Assembly (NCBI GenBank): GCA_964587195.1
Contig: CAZPKN010000002.1
Coordinates: 772-64,771 of the forward strand
DNA length: 64,000 nucleotides
Direction: 5' to 3'
DNA from: an uncultured Gammaproteobacteria bacterium
GTDB lineage: Bacteria > Patescibacteriota > Patescibacteriia > Patescibacteriales > UBA12465
Shown: piece after piece, positions 29,586 to 37,102 of the stretch
Layout of the letters: every line of letters starts with the position of its first letter
How positions within the stretch are numbered: position 1 is the stretch's first letter
The notes under the pieces: generated by a model
What the model saw: the letters and a program-made list of their open reading frames with translations, nothing else
Databases searched by the model: none
Told to the model about the DNA's origin: nothing
Program-made: the position numbers and the translations under genes

Positions 29586-30930
29586 AGCTTACGACATTCG
29601 TGGCATCTACGGCCAAGATTTCGATAATGAAATTGCTTACCGACTTGGCTTAGCCTTTGTTGAACTTAGGCGTGAAGACGGCGATTTAGATATTAATAAA
29701 AAATTAACCATCGCTGTCGCAGCTGACATGCGTTTGTCGTCACCGGCTCTTAAAGAAAACTTAATCCGCGGCTTAATGGATGCTGGGGCAGACATTGTTG
29801 ACTTAGGTCTAGCCGCTACACCAACCTTCTATTTTGCGGTAGGGAAATATAATTACGATGGAGGCATTATGGTTTCCGCTTCGCACAACCCTAAAGAATG
29901 GAACGGTTTTAAGGTTGTAAGAGCTAAGGGGGTTCCTGTGAGTGGTGAAACTGGTTTAATAACTCTAAGGGATAAGGTTTTGGCTAATCGATTCTTATTA
30001 GCCGAAGATAAGGGTTTTATTAATAAGAATCAATCAGCTTTAAATGATGAATTAACTTATACTTGGTCGCTAACTAATAAATCAAAACTAAAAAACTTTA
30101 AAATTGTTGCCGACACGGCCAGCGGCATGGGCGCTTTATACCTAGATAAATTACTTAAAGATTTACCGGGCGAACATATTCGTCTAAACTTTCCTTTAGA
30201 CGGAACCTTTCCAGCACATGAAGCCGATCCTTTAAAAGAGGAGAATTTAGAAGAATTAAAAAAAGCGGTTATTACCCATCAAGCCGATTTAGGCATCGCA
30301 ACAGATGGAGATGGCGATAGGGTATTTTTTGTTGATAATAACGGAAAAGTAATTAATCAAGCGATTGTTCGTGGACTACTTGCGAAAGCCTTTCTAAAAA
30401 TAAAACCAAGCTCAAAAATAGGTTATGATGTCCGGCCAGGAAAAATTACCGCTGATTTAATTACTGAAAATGGCGGCGAAGCAGTTATAACTCGCGTCGG
30501 GCATTCTTTGATTAAAGAACAGATGATAAAAGAAAATATTTTCTTCGCCGGCGAATCATCGGGACATTTTTATTTCAATAGCGAAATGGGTTGTTTCGAA
30601 TTTCCGTCTTTAATGATTTTAAAACTAATGGAAATATTTTCAGCTTCAAACGAACCAACCAGCGACCAAATTAAACCTTATGAAAAATATTTCTTATCAG
30701 GAGAAATAAATCGCGAGGTTAATAATAAAAAAGCGGTCTTTGACCGCTTAAAAGAAAAATACTCCGAAGGAACTATTAATGAGCTTGATATTTTTACTAT
30801 TACTTATCCTGATTTCTGGTTTAATGTCCGCGGCTCTAATACGGAAGCAAAAATTCGTCTCAATCTAGAAGCGGTTAGCCAGAAAATTATGGAACAAAAA
30901 AGAGACGAGATTCTAGAATTAATTAACTAG
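29557..30930 (+). CDS. phosphomannomutase/phosphoglucomutase
   Basis: Active-site SASHNP and metal site DGDGDR. The 5' end overlaps the upstream gene by 29 nt. Confidence 0.85.
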   Translation: MLPINPDVFKAYDIRGIYGQDFDNEIAYRLGLAFVELRREDGDLDINKKLTIAVAADMRLSSPALKENLIRGLMDAGADIVDLGLAATPTFYFAVGKYNYDGGIMVSASHNPKEWNGFKVVRAKGVPVSGETGLITLRDKVLANRFLLAEDKGFINKNQSALNDELTYTWSLTNKSKLKNFKIVADTASGMGALYLDKLLKDLPGEHIRLNFPLDGTFPAHEADPLKEENLEELKKAVITHQADLGIATDGDGDRVFFVDNNGKVINQAIVRGLLAKAFLKIKPSSKIGYDVRPGKITADLITENGGEAVITRVGHSLIKEQMIKENIFFAGESSGHFYFNSEMGCFEFPSLMILKLMEIFSASNEPTSDQIKPYEKYFLSGEINREVNNKKAVFDRLKEKYSEGTINELDIFTITYPDFWFNVRGSNTEAKIRLNLEAVSQKIMEQKRDEILELIN

Positions 30931-30942
30931 CCTAACATATAC

Positions 30943-30977
30943 AAAAAACCGGTCTAATAATGAACTGGTTTTTTTAT
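30943..30977. terminator. bidirectional terminator
   Basis: Stem aaccgg/ctggtt with A- and T-runs on either side. Confidence 0.6.
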
Positions 30978-30988
30978 TAAAAGAAAAA

Positions 30989-31429
30989 TTATTTTTTTTC
31001 TCTTCTTATCCTATACATCTGCTTTGACTTATTAGTAACAACTAAAATAGTTAACACGGCAATATAAGAAGAAACAATCGAATTAGGAATTTGGTAATAA
31101 TTATTAAATACCAAGCTACAAATTAAAAGTAAAAATATTATCAGCGACCAAATAATCACAAAAATTTCGCCAGGATGTTTTTCAGAATGTTTATTGTACC
31201 AGCGTTCGAATTCTTTATCGCCGACATAAATAGCTAAAACACCGACATAAATGGCGGCGATAACGTTTAATAAACTTGACAAGCGATTGCCCTGCTGTAA
31301 ATCAATAATAATCGCCGTAAAGAAAAAGATGGACCAGAAGTTTATCAAGTAGCGCCAAAAATTAATTTTTTTAGAAACTTTATTTGGTCTTTTTAAAGCC
31401 AAGCGGCTAGTTTTTTTTAATTTATTCAT
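30989..31429 (-). CDS. hypothetical 4-TM membrane protein
   Basis: Hydrophobic helices only. No motif. Confidence 0.45.
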   Translation of the reverse strand: MNKLKKTSRLALKRPNKVSKKINFWRYLINFWSIFFFTAIIIDLQQGNRLSSLLNVIAAIYVGVLAIYVGDKEFERWYNKHSEKHPGEIFVIIWSLIIFLLLICSLVFNNYYQIPNSIVSSYIAVLTILVVTNKSKQMYRIRREKK

Positions 31430-31432
31430 ATT

Positions 31433-33064
31433 TTAAGAATAAGCCTTCTTAATATAGTCATTTAAAACTCTATCCATATTAAAATAAGAAGCATTTAGGG
31501 CAATAGTTGCTCGCATCATTTTCAGCCATTTTTCCGGATAATGATAATAAAGGGGCAAGACTTTTTTTTCTAATGTTTCGTATAAGTCAGGCGCCTCATT
31601 AATAGTCCAGCCCGTTTTATTTTTAACATACCCTTCCGGCCACCAACCATCGAAGGTGCTAATTTGCATAATGCCGTTGTGAGCCGCTTTCATGCCGCTA
31701 GTGGCCGAGGCTTCATTGGGCAGGGCGGGATTGTTCAGCCAAACATCCGAACCGGAAACTAGAAGCTTCGCCATCTCTAAATCATAATTTTCCAAAAAAA
31801 CAATTTTTACTTCCGGAAAAAGTTGTTTAATTCTCTTATTTGTCTCGCTAATTAAAGTGCGTCCGATTTCGTCATCTGGATGAGCTTTACCAGCGTAGAT
31901 AATCTGAATAGGGCCGGATTTTTTATTTATTTCTTTTACTCTCTCTAAATCAGATAATAACATCGTCGGCCTTTTATAGGGGGCAAAACGGCGGGCAAAA
32001 GTTATAATTAGAGCTTCTTCAGAAAAATTAACTTTTTTCTGGCGGGCAATAAATTTAATTAATCTTTGCTTTGCCAATAGATGCGCCTGTTTAATTTCGC
32101 CTAAAGAAATACCGGCGGCTTTTTTGAGCTGGCGGTTATCTTGTCGCCAGTTAGGAATAAATTTATCAAATAAGGCGCTCATTTCCGGCGACACCCAAAA
32201 AGAAGATTCGACGCCGTTAGTAATAGCTTCAATATTGAAATCAGAAAACATTTCGCGAGAAACGCGACCATGTTTTTTAGATACGCCATTAGCATAAGAA
32301 CTAAAGAAAAGCGCTAATTTTGTAAAATTAACCGTATCATTTTCCATTATTTCTTTTATCTGCGTCGGAAAATCCGGCTGATACTTTAATAAAAATTCTC
32401 CGAAGAAAACGTCATGTCCGGCCGGAATAGGTGTATGGGTTGTAAAAACTAGTTTATCTCTAACTTCTTTTATTTTTTGCGCTTCACTGTCTTTTTTAGA
32501 ATTTAAAAACAACTCTACTCCAGCTAAAGCGCCGTGGCCCTCATTAAGATGGATTTTAGAAATTTTTTCTAAACCAAGTTTCTTTAAAAATTTAACCCCG
32601 CCCCGGCCGAGTAAAATTGCTTGCTTTAGTTTTTTACGTTTATCGCCGGGATATAAATTTTCACATAAACGACGATGTTTTTCACGATTCTCTGGCCAAT
32701 CGGTATCTAAGAAATAAATCGGTATTTTTAAACCATTATTATGTTGTAAGAAGTAGCGCCAAACTCTAAACAAAACTTTATCCGCACTAATATTTAAATA
32801 CATTTTCCCAGGCAGAAGCTCTAATTTTTTAAGATTACTTTTGTCGGCTTGCTCTTCTTGTTTTCCTTTAGGACTAATAACCTGTTTAAAATAACCATGC
32901 TTATTTAAAAGAGTTATCCCTATCATAGGAAATTTCCGACGAGAAGCGGCGCGCAAAATATCGCCCGCTAAAACTCCTAACCCGCCGGCATAAGTTTTTA
33001 AATCTTTTTCAAGAGCTATTTCCATACTGAAATAGGCGACCGATTGATTTATTTTTTTATTCAT
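31433..33064 (-). CDS. glgP: alpha-glucan (glycogen/maltodextrin) phosphorylase, GT35 short form
   Basis: PLP-lysine region EASATSGMKAAHNG. Confidence 0.8.
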   Translation of the reverse strand: MNKKINQSVAYFSMEIALEKDLKTYAGGLGVLAGDILRAASRRKFPMIGITLLNKHGYFKQVISPKGKQEEQADKSNLKKLELLPGKMYLNISADKVLFRVWRYFLQHNNGLKIPIYFLDTDWPENREKHRRLCENLYPGDKRKKLKQAILLGRGGVKFLKKLGLEKISKIHLNEGHGALAGVELFLNSKKDSEAQKIKEVRDKLVFTTHTPIPAGHDVFFGEFLLKYQPDFPTQIKEIMENDTVNFTKLALFFSSYANGVSKKHGRVSREMFSDFNIEAITNGVESSFWVSPEMSALFDKFIPNWRQDNRQLKKAAGISLGEIKQAHLLAKQRLIKFIARQKKVNFSEEALIITFARRFAPYKRPTMLLSDLERVKEINKKSGPIQIIYAGKAHPDDEIGRTLISETNKRIKQLFPEVKIVFLENYDLEMAKLLVSGSDVWLNNPALPNEASATSGMKAAHNGIMQISTFDGWWPEGYVKNKTGWTINEAPDLYETLEKKVLPLYYHYPEKWLKMMRATIALNASYFNMDRVLNDYIKKAYS

Positions 33065-33161
33065 AGTATTTGAGTAGAGATATTATTATAACATTTTTTT
33101 GACTTTATAAAAAATAAAAAAGAGCTCGGTTAAAAGCTCTTTTAAAAACAAGTTATAATTA

Positions 33162-33755
33162 TCACAGCCAGTCTTCGATAACTTTAAGTTCTTCTAATAA
33201 GCTATTGGAAGAATTTAAAACAATCGTTCCCGCTTGATTATTAACTACGTCCCAGACTGTTTTTTTAGAGACCGGAGTCTCGTCTGAATCAGGCGGCAAG
33301 ATTTGTTCCTTTAGCTCCAACTCCGCCCTTAGAAAATAACTGGCGGACATCTTTTTAAAGCCCTTTACATCTCCTGATAAATAAATGGAATATTTATCAG
33401 GTTTTTTTCCGGGAATGGTAAGATTCACTTCATTATTACCGTAAGCCTCATCTGCCTTTTTTTGCAGATTTTTTAAGCTGCTTACTAACGCAGAAATTTG
33501 CCCGTAATCTCTTTTCTCCAAATGGCTAATCAGCCCGTCAAGTCGATTAGTCCTCTGAAGCGGATAAATAATTTGGTAGAATCTGACGATTGCCTCCACC
33601 TTATTAGTCATAAAGTAGAGAGATCTCAAATTGGCTTGCAATTCATAAAGAAATTTTCTTTTTTCTCTTATGAACTTATAGTGCCCGGAAAAAAGACAAA
33701 CAATAAAGGCAATGATTTTTTTCATAACAATATATTTTATGAATAAGAGCAACAT
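33162..33755 (-). CDS. hypothetical N-terminally anchored protein
   Basis: ORF with one N-terminal TM helix. The true start is possibly Met11 at 33725. Confidence 0.4.
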   Translation of the reverse strand: MLLLFIKYIVMKKIIAFIVCLFSGHYKFIREKRKFLYELQANLRSLYFMTNKVEAIVRFYQIIYPLQRTNRLDGLISHLEKRDYGQISALVSSLKNLQKKADEAYGNNEVNLTIPGKKPDKYSIYLSGDVKGFKKMSASYFLRAELELKEQILPPDSDETPVSKKTVWDVVNNQAGTIVLNSSNSLLEELKVIEDWL

Positions 33756-33793
33756 GCTCTTGTTCTGGTTAATATTTCAAAGAACGATACTCT

Positions 33794-33822
33794 AATTTAG
33801 CTAATCATTGGATAATTGTCAA
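33794..33822 (-). promoter_or_regulatory. promoter, TTGACA-17-TAAATT
   Basis: On the minus strand, TTGACA at 33822-33817 and TAAATT at 33799-33794. Confidence 0.55.
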
Positions 33823-33825
33823 ATA

Positions 33826-33880
33826 GGCGCCTGATACAAAATCTAGAAATTTTTTTAATGGAATATTTGATAAATTGATA
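33826..33880 (-). repeat. cassette-boundary repeat copy D (tRNA-His 3'-end-like core ggcgcct + conserved arm)
   Basis: About 70-75% identity to 34527-34580 by hand alignment. Confidence 0.6.
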
Positions 33881-34007
33881 TAAAGAAGACCCACCTTGTT
33901 ATTGTGGGTCAAATATATTTTGAGAAATCTACTCTCTTAATCCCCTGGAAAAATCCAAAAGTTAAACGGAGCATTAAGTACTGTTAATCCGACAACATAG
34001 CCAACCC

Positions 34008-34283
34008 CTATTTATGATTTTTATAACACATTCTCCAAATTGCTGCAGCTGAAATAAACACACCAATGCCAATACATATACACCCAACAACCTTGTAATC
34101 TGTTTCTAGCAAAAATAAAACCCCAACAAATAAAATTAAAAGTGATTGGATTAGTATTATGAACCTGGTCTTTTTTCCACCATATTTAACATCCATAGGC
34201 ATCCTTCCTCCAGTGTAGTGACCTGGGGAATACATATTATTATTCCATTCCTTAAGATCATCAATATAACTTTTTTTAGACAT
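34008..34283 (-). CDS. hypothetical small 2-TM protein
   Basis: 91-aa ORF with two hydrophobic helices. Confidence 0.4.
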   Translation of the reverse strand: MSKKSYIDDLKEWNNNMYSPGHYTGGRMPMDVKYGGKKTRFIILIQSLLILFVGVLFLLETDYKVVGCICIGIGVFISAAAIWRMCYKNHK

Positions 34284-34484
34284 ATTTTGTTGTAGATTAT
34301 ATATAGCAGAACATAAACCTTGTTTAATCTTCTATTTAATCCTCAATTAGCTGCTTTTCTTCTTAATAATGTCTTAACGAATTTATTATTTATTATTTTC
34401 TTGTCTCTTTGCACAACTTTTAGTTTGACCTATAATCAATTAAATTATATCATTCTAACCGTAAAGCTCAACTTCACACCCTAC

Positions 34485-34580
34485 ATCAAAGAAAAACGAG
34501 CTTTTAGACTTGTCTTTTCCAAATGGGGTGGCTAAGCACAAAACTTGGAAAACTTTTTTAATAGAATATTTGGTAAATTA
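34485..34580 (-). repeat. cassette-boundary repeat copy A (arm + tRNA-His 3'-end-like core + decayed copy of the tRNA-His trailer/terminator)
   Basis: 34485-34524 is about 80% identical to the tRNA-His trailer at 35431-35470. 34525-34580 is about 77% identical to copy B. Confidence 0.7.
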
Positions 34581-34582
34581 TC

Positions 34583-34942
34583 CTAATTAATCATCCCTCT
34601 ACAACTTTGACTGCCACAATTACATTTTGAGCCAGGATCCAAGTAAAAAGATGTTATTTCTTCTCCTGATTTAATATCTCTTGTGGCCACATCGGACTTA
34701 TTTATAGATTTAGTATTTGGGTCACATGAATGATTAACAAATTTTTCTGGCGATTGCATCAAGAAGTAATTTCCATCCTGATTCATTAAATACTGATTAT
34801 TTTCTTTTGTTAAATCTTCGAATTCTTTTTTACTAATTATTTTTGGGTGCCACAAGATTACCACCTCTCCTTTTTTAAAATCACGAGCAGCAAAAACCCC
34901 TTTATTATTTATTTTTGACTTTTTTATAACGATGTTTTCCAT
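34583..34942 (-). CDS. SET-domain protein (putative protein-lysine methyltransferase)
   Basis: NHSCDPN, EEITSFY, and a Cys-rich post-SET CNCGSQSCRG. Confidence 0.75.
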   Translation of the reverse strand: MENIVIKKSKINNKGVFAARDFKKGEVVILWHPKIISKKEFEDLTKENNQYLMNQDGNYFLMQSPEKFVNHSCDPNTKSINKSDVATRDIKSGEEITSFYLDPGSKCNCGSQSCRGMIN

Positions 34943-34948
34943 TTAATA

Positions 34949-34957
34949 ATTATAACA
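34949..34957 (-). promoter_or_regulatory. extended -10 element (TGtTATAAT) 6 nt upstream of the SET ATG
   Basis: The minus strand reads aaaaTGtTATAATtattaaATG. This implies a leaderless or near-leaderless mRNA. Confidence 0.5.
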
Positions 34958-35029
34958 TTTTTAATTTAGTTTGCCTTCCCATCATGGCTAAAACAAAAAT
35001 AACCCCAAAAAATGGGGTTATTTTTATAT

Positions 35030-35078
35030 GGGTGGCTAATCGAAAAACTTGGCAAACTTTTTTGATGGATTATTTAGT
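35030..35078 (-). repeat. cassette-boundary repeat copy B (arm + tRNA-His 3'-end-like core gggtggcta)
   Basis: The first 10 nt of the compared core (gggtggctaa, 35030-35039) are identical to copy A at 34526-34535, and the arm is about 77% identical. It overlaps the stop of the 35070 gene. Confidence 0.7.
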
Positions 35079-35360
35079 TACTTTTTTAACAGACAAATAA
35101 ATTGCTGTAATAATAGCTACAAAAAAAGAGATAAATGAAATAGCACCTGTTGTCAGACAAAAGTATAGGTCATATCCTGAATAACAATGAGACAAAAGAG
35201 ACTGCAGTACTGTGTCGTCGCAAGGATTGAATCTATTAATTATGGCTCCTATGCTAGGCATTTCATTACTGACAAGAACATACATTAATAGAAATAACAA
35301 GCTAATCAGAATAGAAATTTTAAACGTTTTGTTGTTACACAGCTTTTTAAGTAATTGCAT
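35070..35360 (-). CDS. hypothetical small Cys-containing membrane protein
   Basis: 96-aa ORF with two hydrophobic helices. Confidence 0.4.
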   Translation of the reverse strand: MQLLKKLCNNKTFKISILISLLFLLMYVLVSNEMPSIGAIINRFNPCDDTVLQSLLSHCYSGYDLYFCLTTGAISFISFFVAIITAIYLSVKKVTK

Positions 35361-35435
35361 AATTTAAAGATTATTTATATCTTACTAAACTATAACAAAA
35401 TATTTTGTAAAACTCAATTTTATATCTTATATCAA

Positions 35436-35460
35436 AGAAAAAACGAGCCTGAAAGCTCAT
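35436..35460 (-). terminator. terminator after tRNA-His
   Basis: Minus-strand stem augagc/gcucgu followed by a U-run. Confidence 0.6.
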
Positions 35461-35473
35461 CTTTTCAAAAGGG

Positions 35474-35545
35474 GGTGCCTAGAGAGAATCGAACTCTCGC
35501 TAGCTGGACCACAACCAGCCGTTCTACCATTAAACTATAGGCACC
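35474..35545 (-). tRNA. tRNA-His (anticodon GUG) with encoded G-1
   Basis: Acceptor gtgccta/taggcac preceded by an extra G. Anticodon loop ttGTGgt. Confidence 0.9.
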
Positions 35546-35554
35546 ATACTTTAT

Positions 35555-36037
35555 TTATATTTTTTCATTAAAATTATGAACCAAAAAATGACAATTCCAA
35601 CACAGCCAAACTAAATTACTAATATCATTATTCTTTCTATTGTGATCTTTATGATGAATTAGTAAGACTCTTCTATCCTTCATCCCACACAATACACATA
35701 AGGGGGTAACTTTATTTTCCTTCATTATTCTATGGTAAGTAAACTCCCCTCCGCGCCAATTAATATGTCTATTACCTATGTATTTTTTATTTCTCCAAAC
35801 CGTCTGACATGTTTTACTACAAAAAAATTTGCCACTTTTAGAATGTTTTAAGTCCTTTTGAGTCTTCCAAGCCTCCTTACCACACACATCACAGGCAATA
35901 AATTTACCAGTTTTTTGACCTTCATACTGACAAATAGTTGAACAAAATTTGCCATAACCCCTTTTTAATTGACTAGGCTTAGCATAAAACTCTTTACTAC
36001 AAATTTTACATTTAACGTTTGGCATATGTAATGCCAT
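35555..36037 (-). CDS. HNH endonuclease with two N-terminal zinc-ribbon repeats
   Basis: HHKDHNRKNNDISNLVWLCWNCH, plus duplicated C-x2-C...C-x3-C units. The ORF-track start at 36064 is a TTG, so I use the first ATG at 36037. Confidence 0.75.
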   Translation of the reverse strand: MALHMPNVKCKICSKEFYAKPSQLKRGYGKFCSTICQYEGQKTGKFIACDVCGKEAWKTQKDLKHSKSGKFFCSKTCQTVWRNKKYIGNRHINWRGGEFTYHRIMKENKVTPLCVLCGMKDRRVLLIHHKDHNRKNNDISNLVWLCWNCHFLVHNFNEKI

Positions 36038-36089
36038 TGTATTGTGAAACAACCCAGTTGTCAACCATTAACACATCAACCTTAAGACG

Positions 36090-36161
36090 TACGCCCGGGG
36101 GGAATCGAACCCTCATTAAGAGCTTAGAAGGCTCCCGTTCTATCCATTGAACTACGGGCGC
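36090..36161 (-). tRNA. tRNA-Arg (anticodon UCU)
   Basis: Hand-folded cloverleaf with anticodon loop ctTCTaa. There is one A-C mismatch in the T stem and a G1-U72 pair. Confidence 0.8.
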
Positions 36162-36206
36162 AAATTAAAAACCAATTCTAAATAAATAGGAATCGATTCT
36201 GGTTTT

Positions 36207-36235
36207 ATACTAATAAAAATACTGCCTTCTGTCAA
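36207..36235 (-). promoter_or_regulatory. promoter of the tRNA-Arg/HNH/tRNA-His unit, TTGACA-17-TAGTAT
   Basis: On the minus strand, TTGACA at 36235-36230 and TAGTAT at 36212-36207. Confidence 0.6.
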
Positions 36236-36236
36236 C

Positions 36237-37022
36237 TTAACCATTTCTTTGCCTAACTGCCTCATAAATGAGAATAGCAGCTGAAACTGATACATTTAGG
36301 GAGTCCATCCCTTTAGTCATTGGTATTTTTACCAACTTATCCGCCGCTTTAAGCCAATTAGCACTTAGCCCGTCAGCCTCTGATCCAAGAACTATAGCCG
36401 CTGATTTTTTGAGGTTCGCCTTAATATAATTGATTTTTCCGGTTGTAGCGGCGGCATAACTAACTATCTTGTTATTTGTTAACCAGGTGGTTGTTTCTTG
36501 AAAAGAGGTGCTAACTATCTTTTGTTTAAAAATAAAACCCTCGCTTGCCCGGATAACATTGGGGTTATAGATATCCGTTTGATTATCGTTGATAATTATT
36601 AAATCAACTCCGGCCGCATATGATGTTCTTATTATCGCCCCTAAATTACCCGGTTTCTCTATATTCTCCAAGATAACTATAAGGGGGTTTTTATTCAATT
36701 TAACGTTCGCTAGTGTCTTAGAATTGGTCTTGATTAAGGCCAAGCAACCATCAGGATTCTCTTTATAACTAATCTTTCTAAAAGCAGCTTCGGAAACTTC
36801 ACAAACAAGATCAGTGTTGATTTTGAGCTGTTTAAAATTATGATTTTTGTCTAAAGATTGACAAAAGAAAAGCTCTTTGATTTCTAAACCCGATTCTAAA
36901 GCTGATAGTGTTTCCCGAAAGCCATCAACCAAAAAAACTCCTTGCTCTTTTCTAGCACTAGCCTTTTTCAATTTAACCAACTCTTTAATTTTTTTATTAT
37001 CCACACTATCAATCTTATTCAT
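36237..37022 (-). CDS. TrmH/SpoU-family RNA 2'-O-methyltransferase
   Basis: LGSEADGLS and IPMTKGMDSLNVSVSAAILIYE motifs. Confidence 0.8.
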   Translation of the reverse strand: MNKIDSVDNKKIKELVKLKKASARKEQGVFLVDGFRETLSALESGLEIKELFFCQSLDKNHNFKQLKINTDLVCEVSEAAFRKISYKENPDGCLALIKTNSKTLANVKLNKNPLIVILENIEKPGNLGAIIRTSYAAGVDLIIINDNQTDIYNPNVIRASEGFIFKQKIVSTSFQETTTWLTNNKIVSYAAATTGKINYIKANLKKSAAIVLGSEADGLSANWLKAADKLVKIPMTKGMDSLNVSVSAAILIYEAVRQRNG

Positions 37023-37102
37023 AAAACAATAATAGTTATTTTATAAAAATTCTAAAAACTTCGGTTTTCTGATATAATAATTCTATCTTAATAATATATT
37101 TT

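Noticed and set aside
34320-34535. Plus-strand ORF of 71 aa between cassettes.
   Set aside because: It has a non-ATG start and a Leu/Phe/Asn-rich translation typical of AT-rich noncoding DNA. It also overlaps repeat copy A.
33826-35546. The cassette array as a classical integron or CALIN.
   Set aside because: There is no intI and no attI. The boundary repeats lack the RYYYAAC/GTTRRRY ends and the symmetric attC fold. They instead contain a tRNA-His 3'-end-like core.
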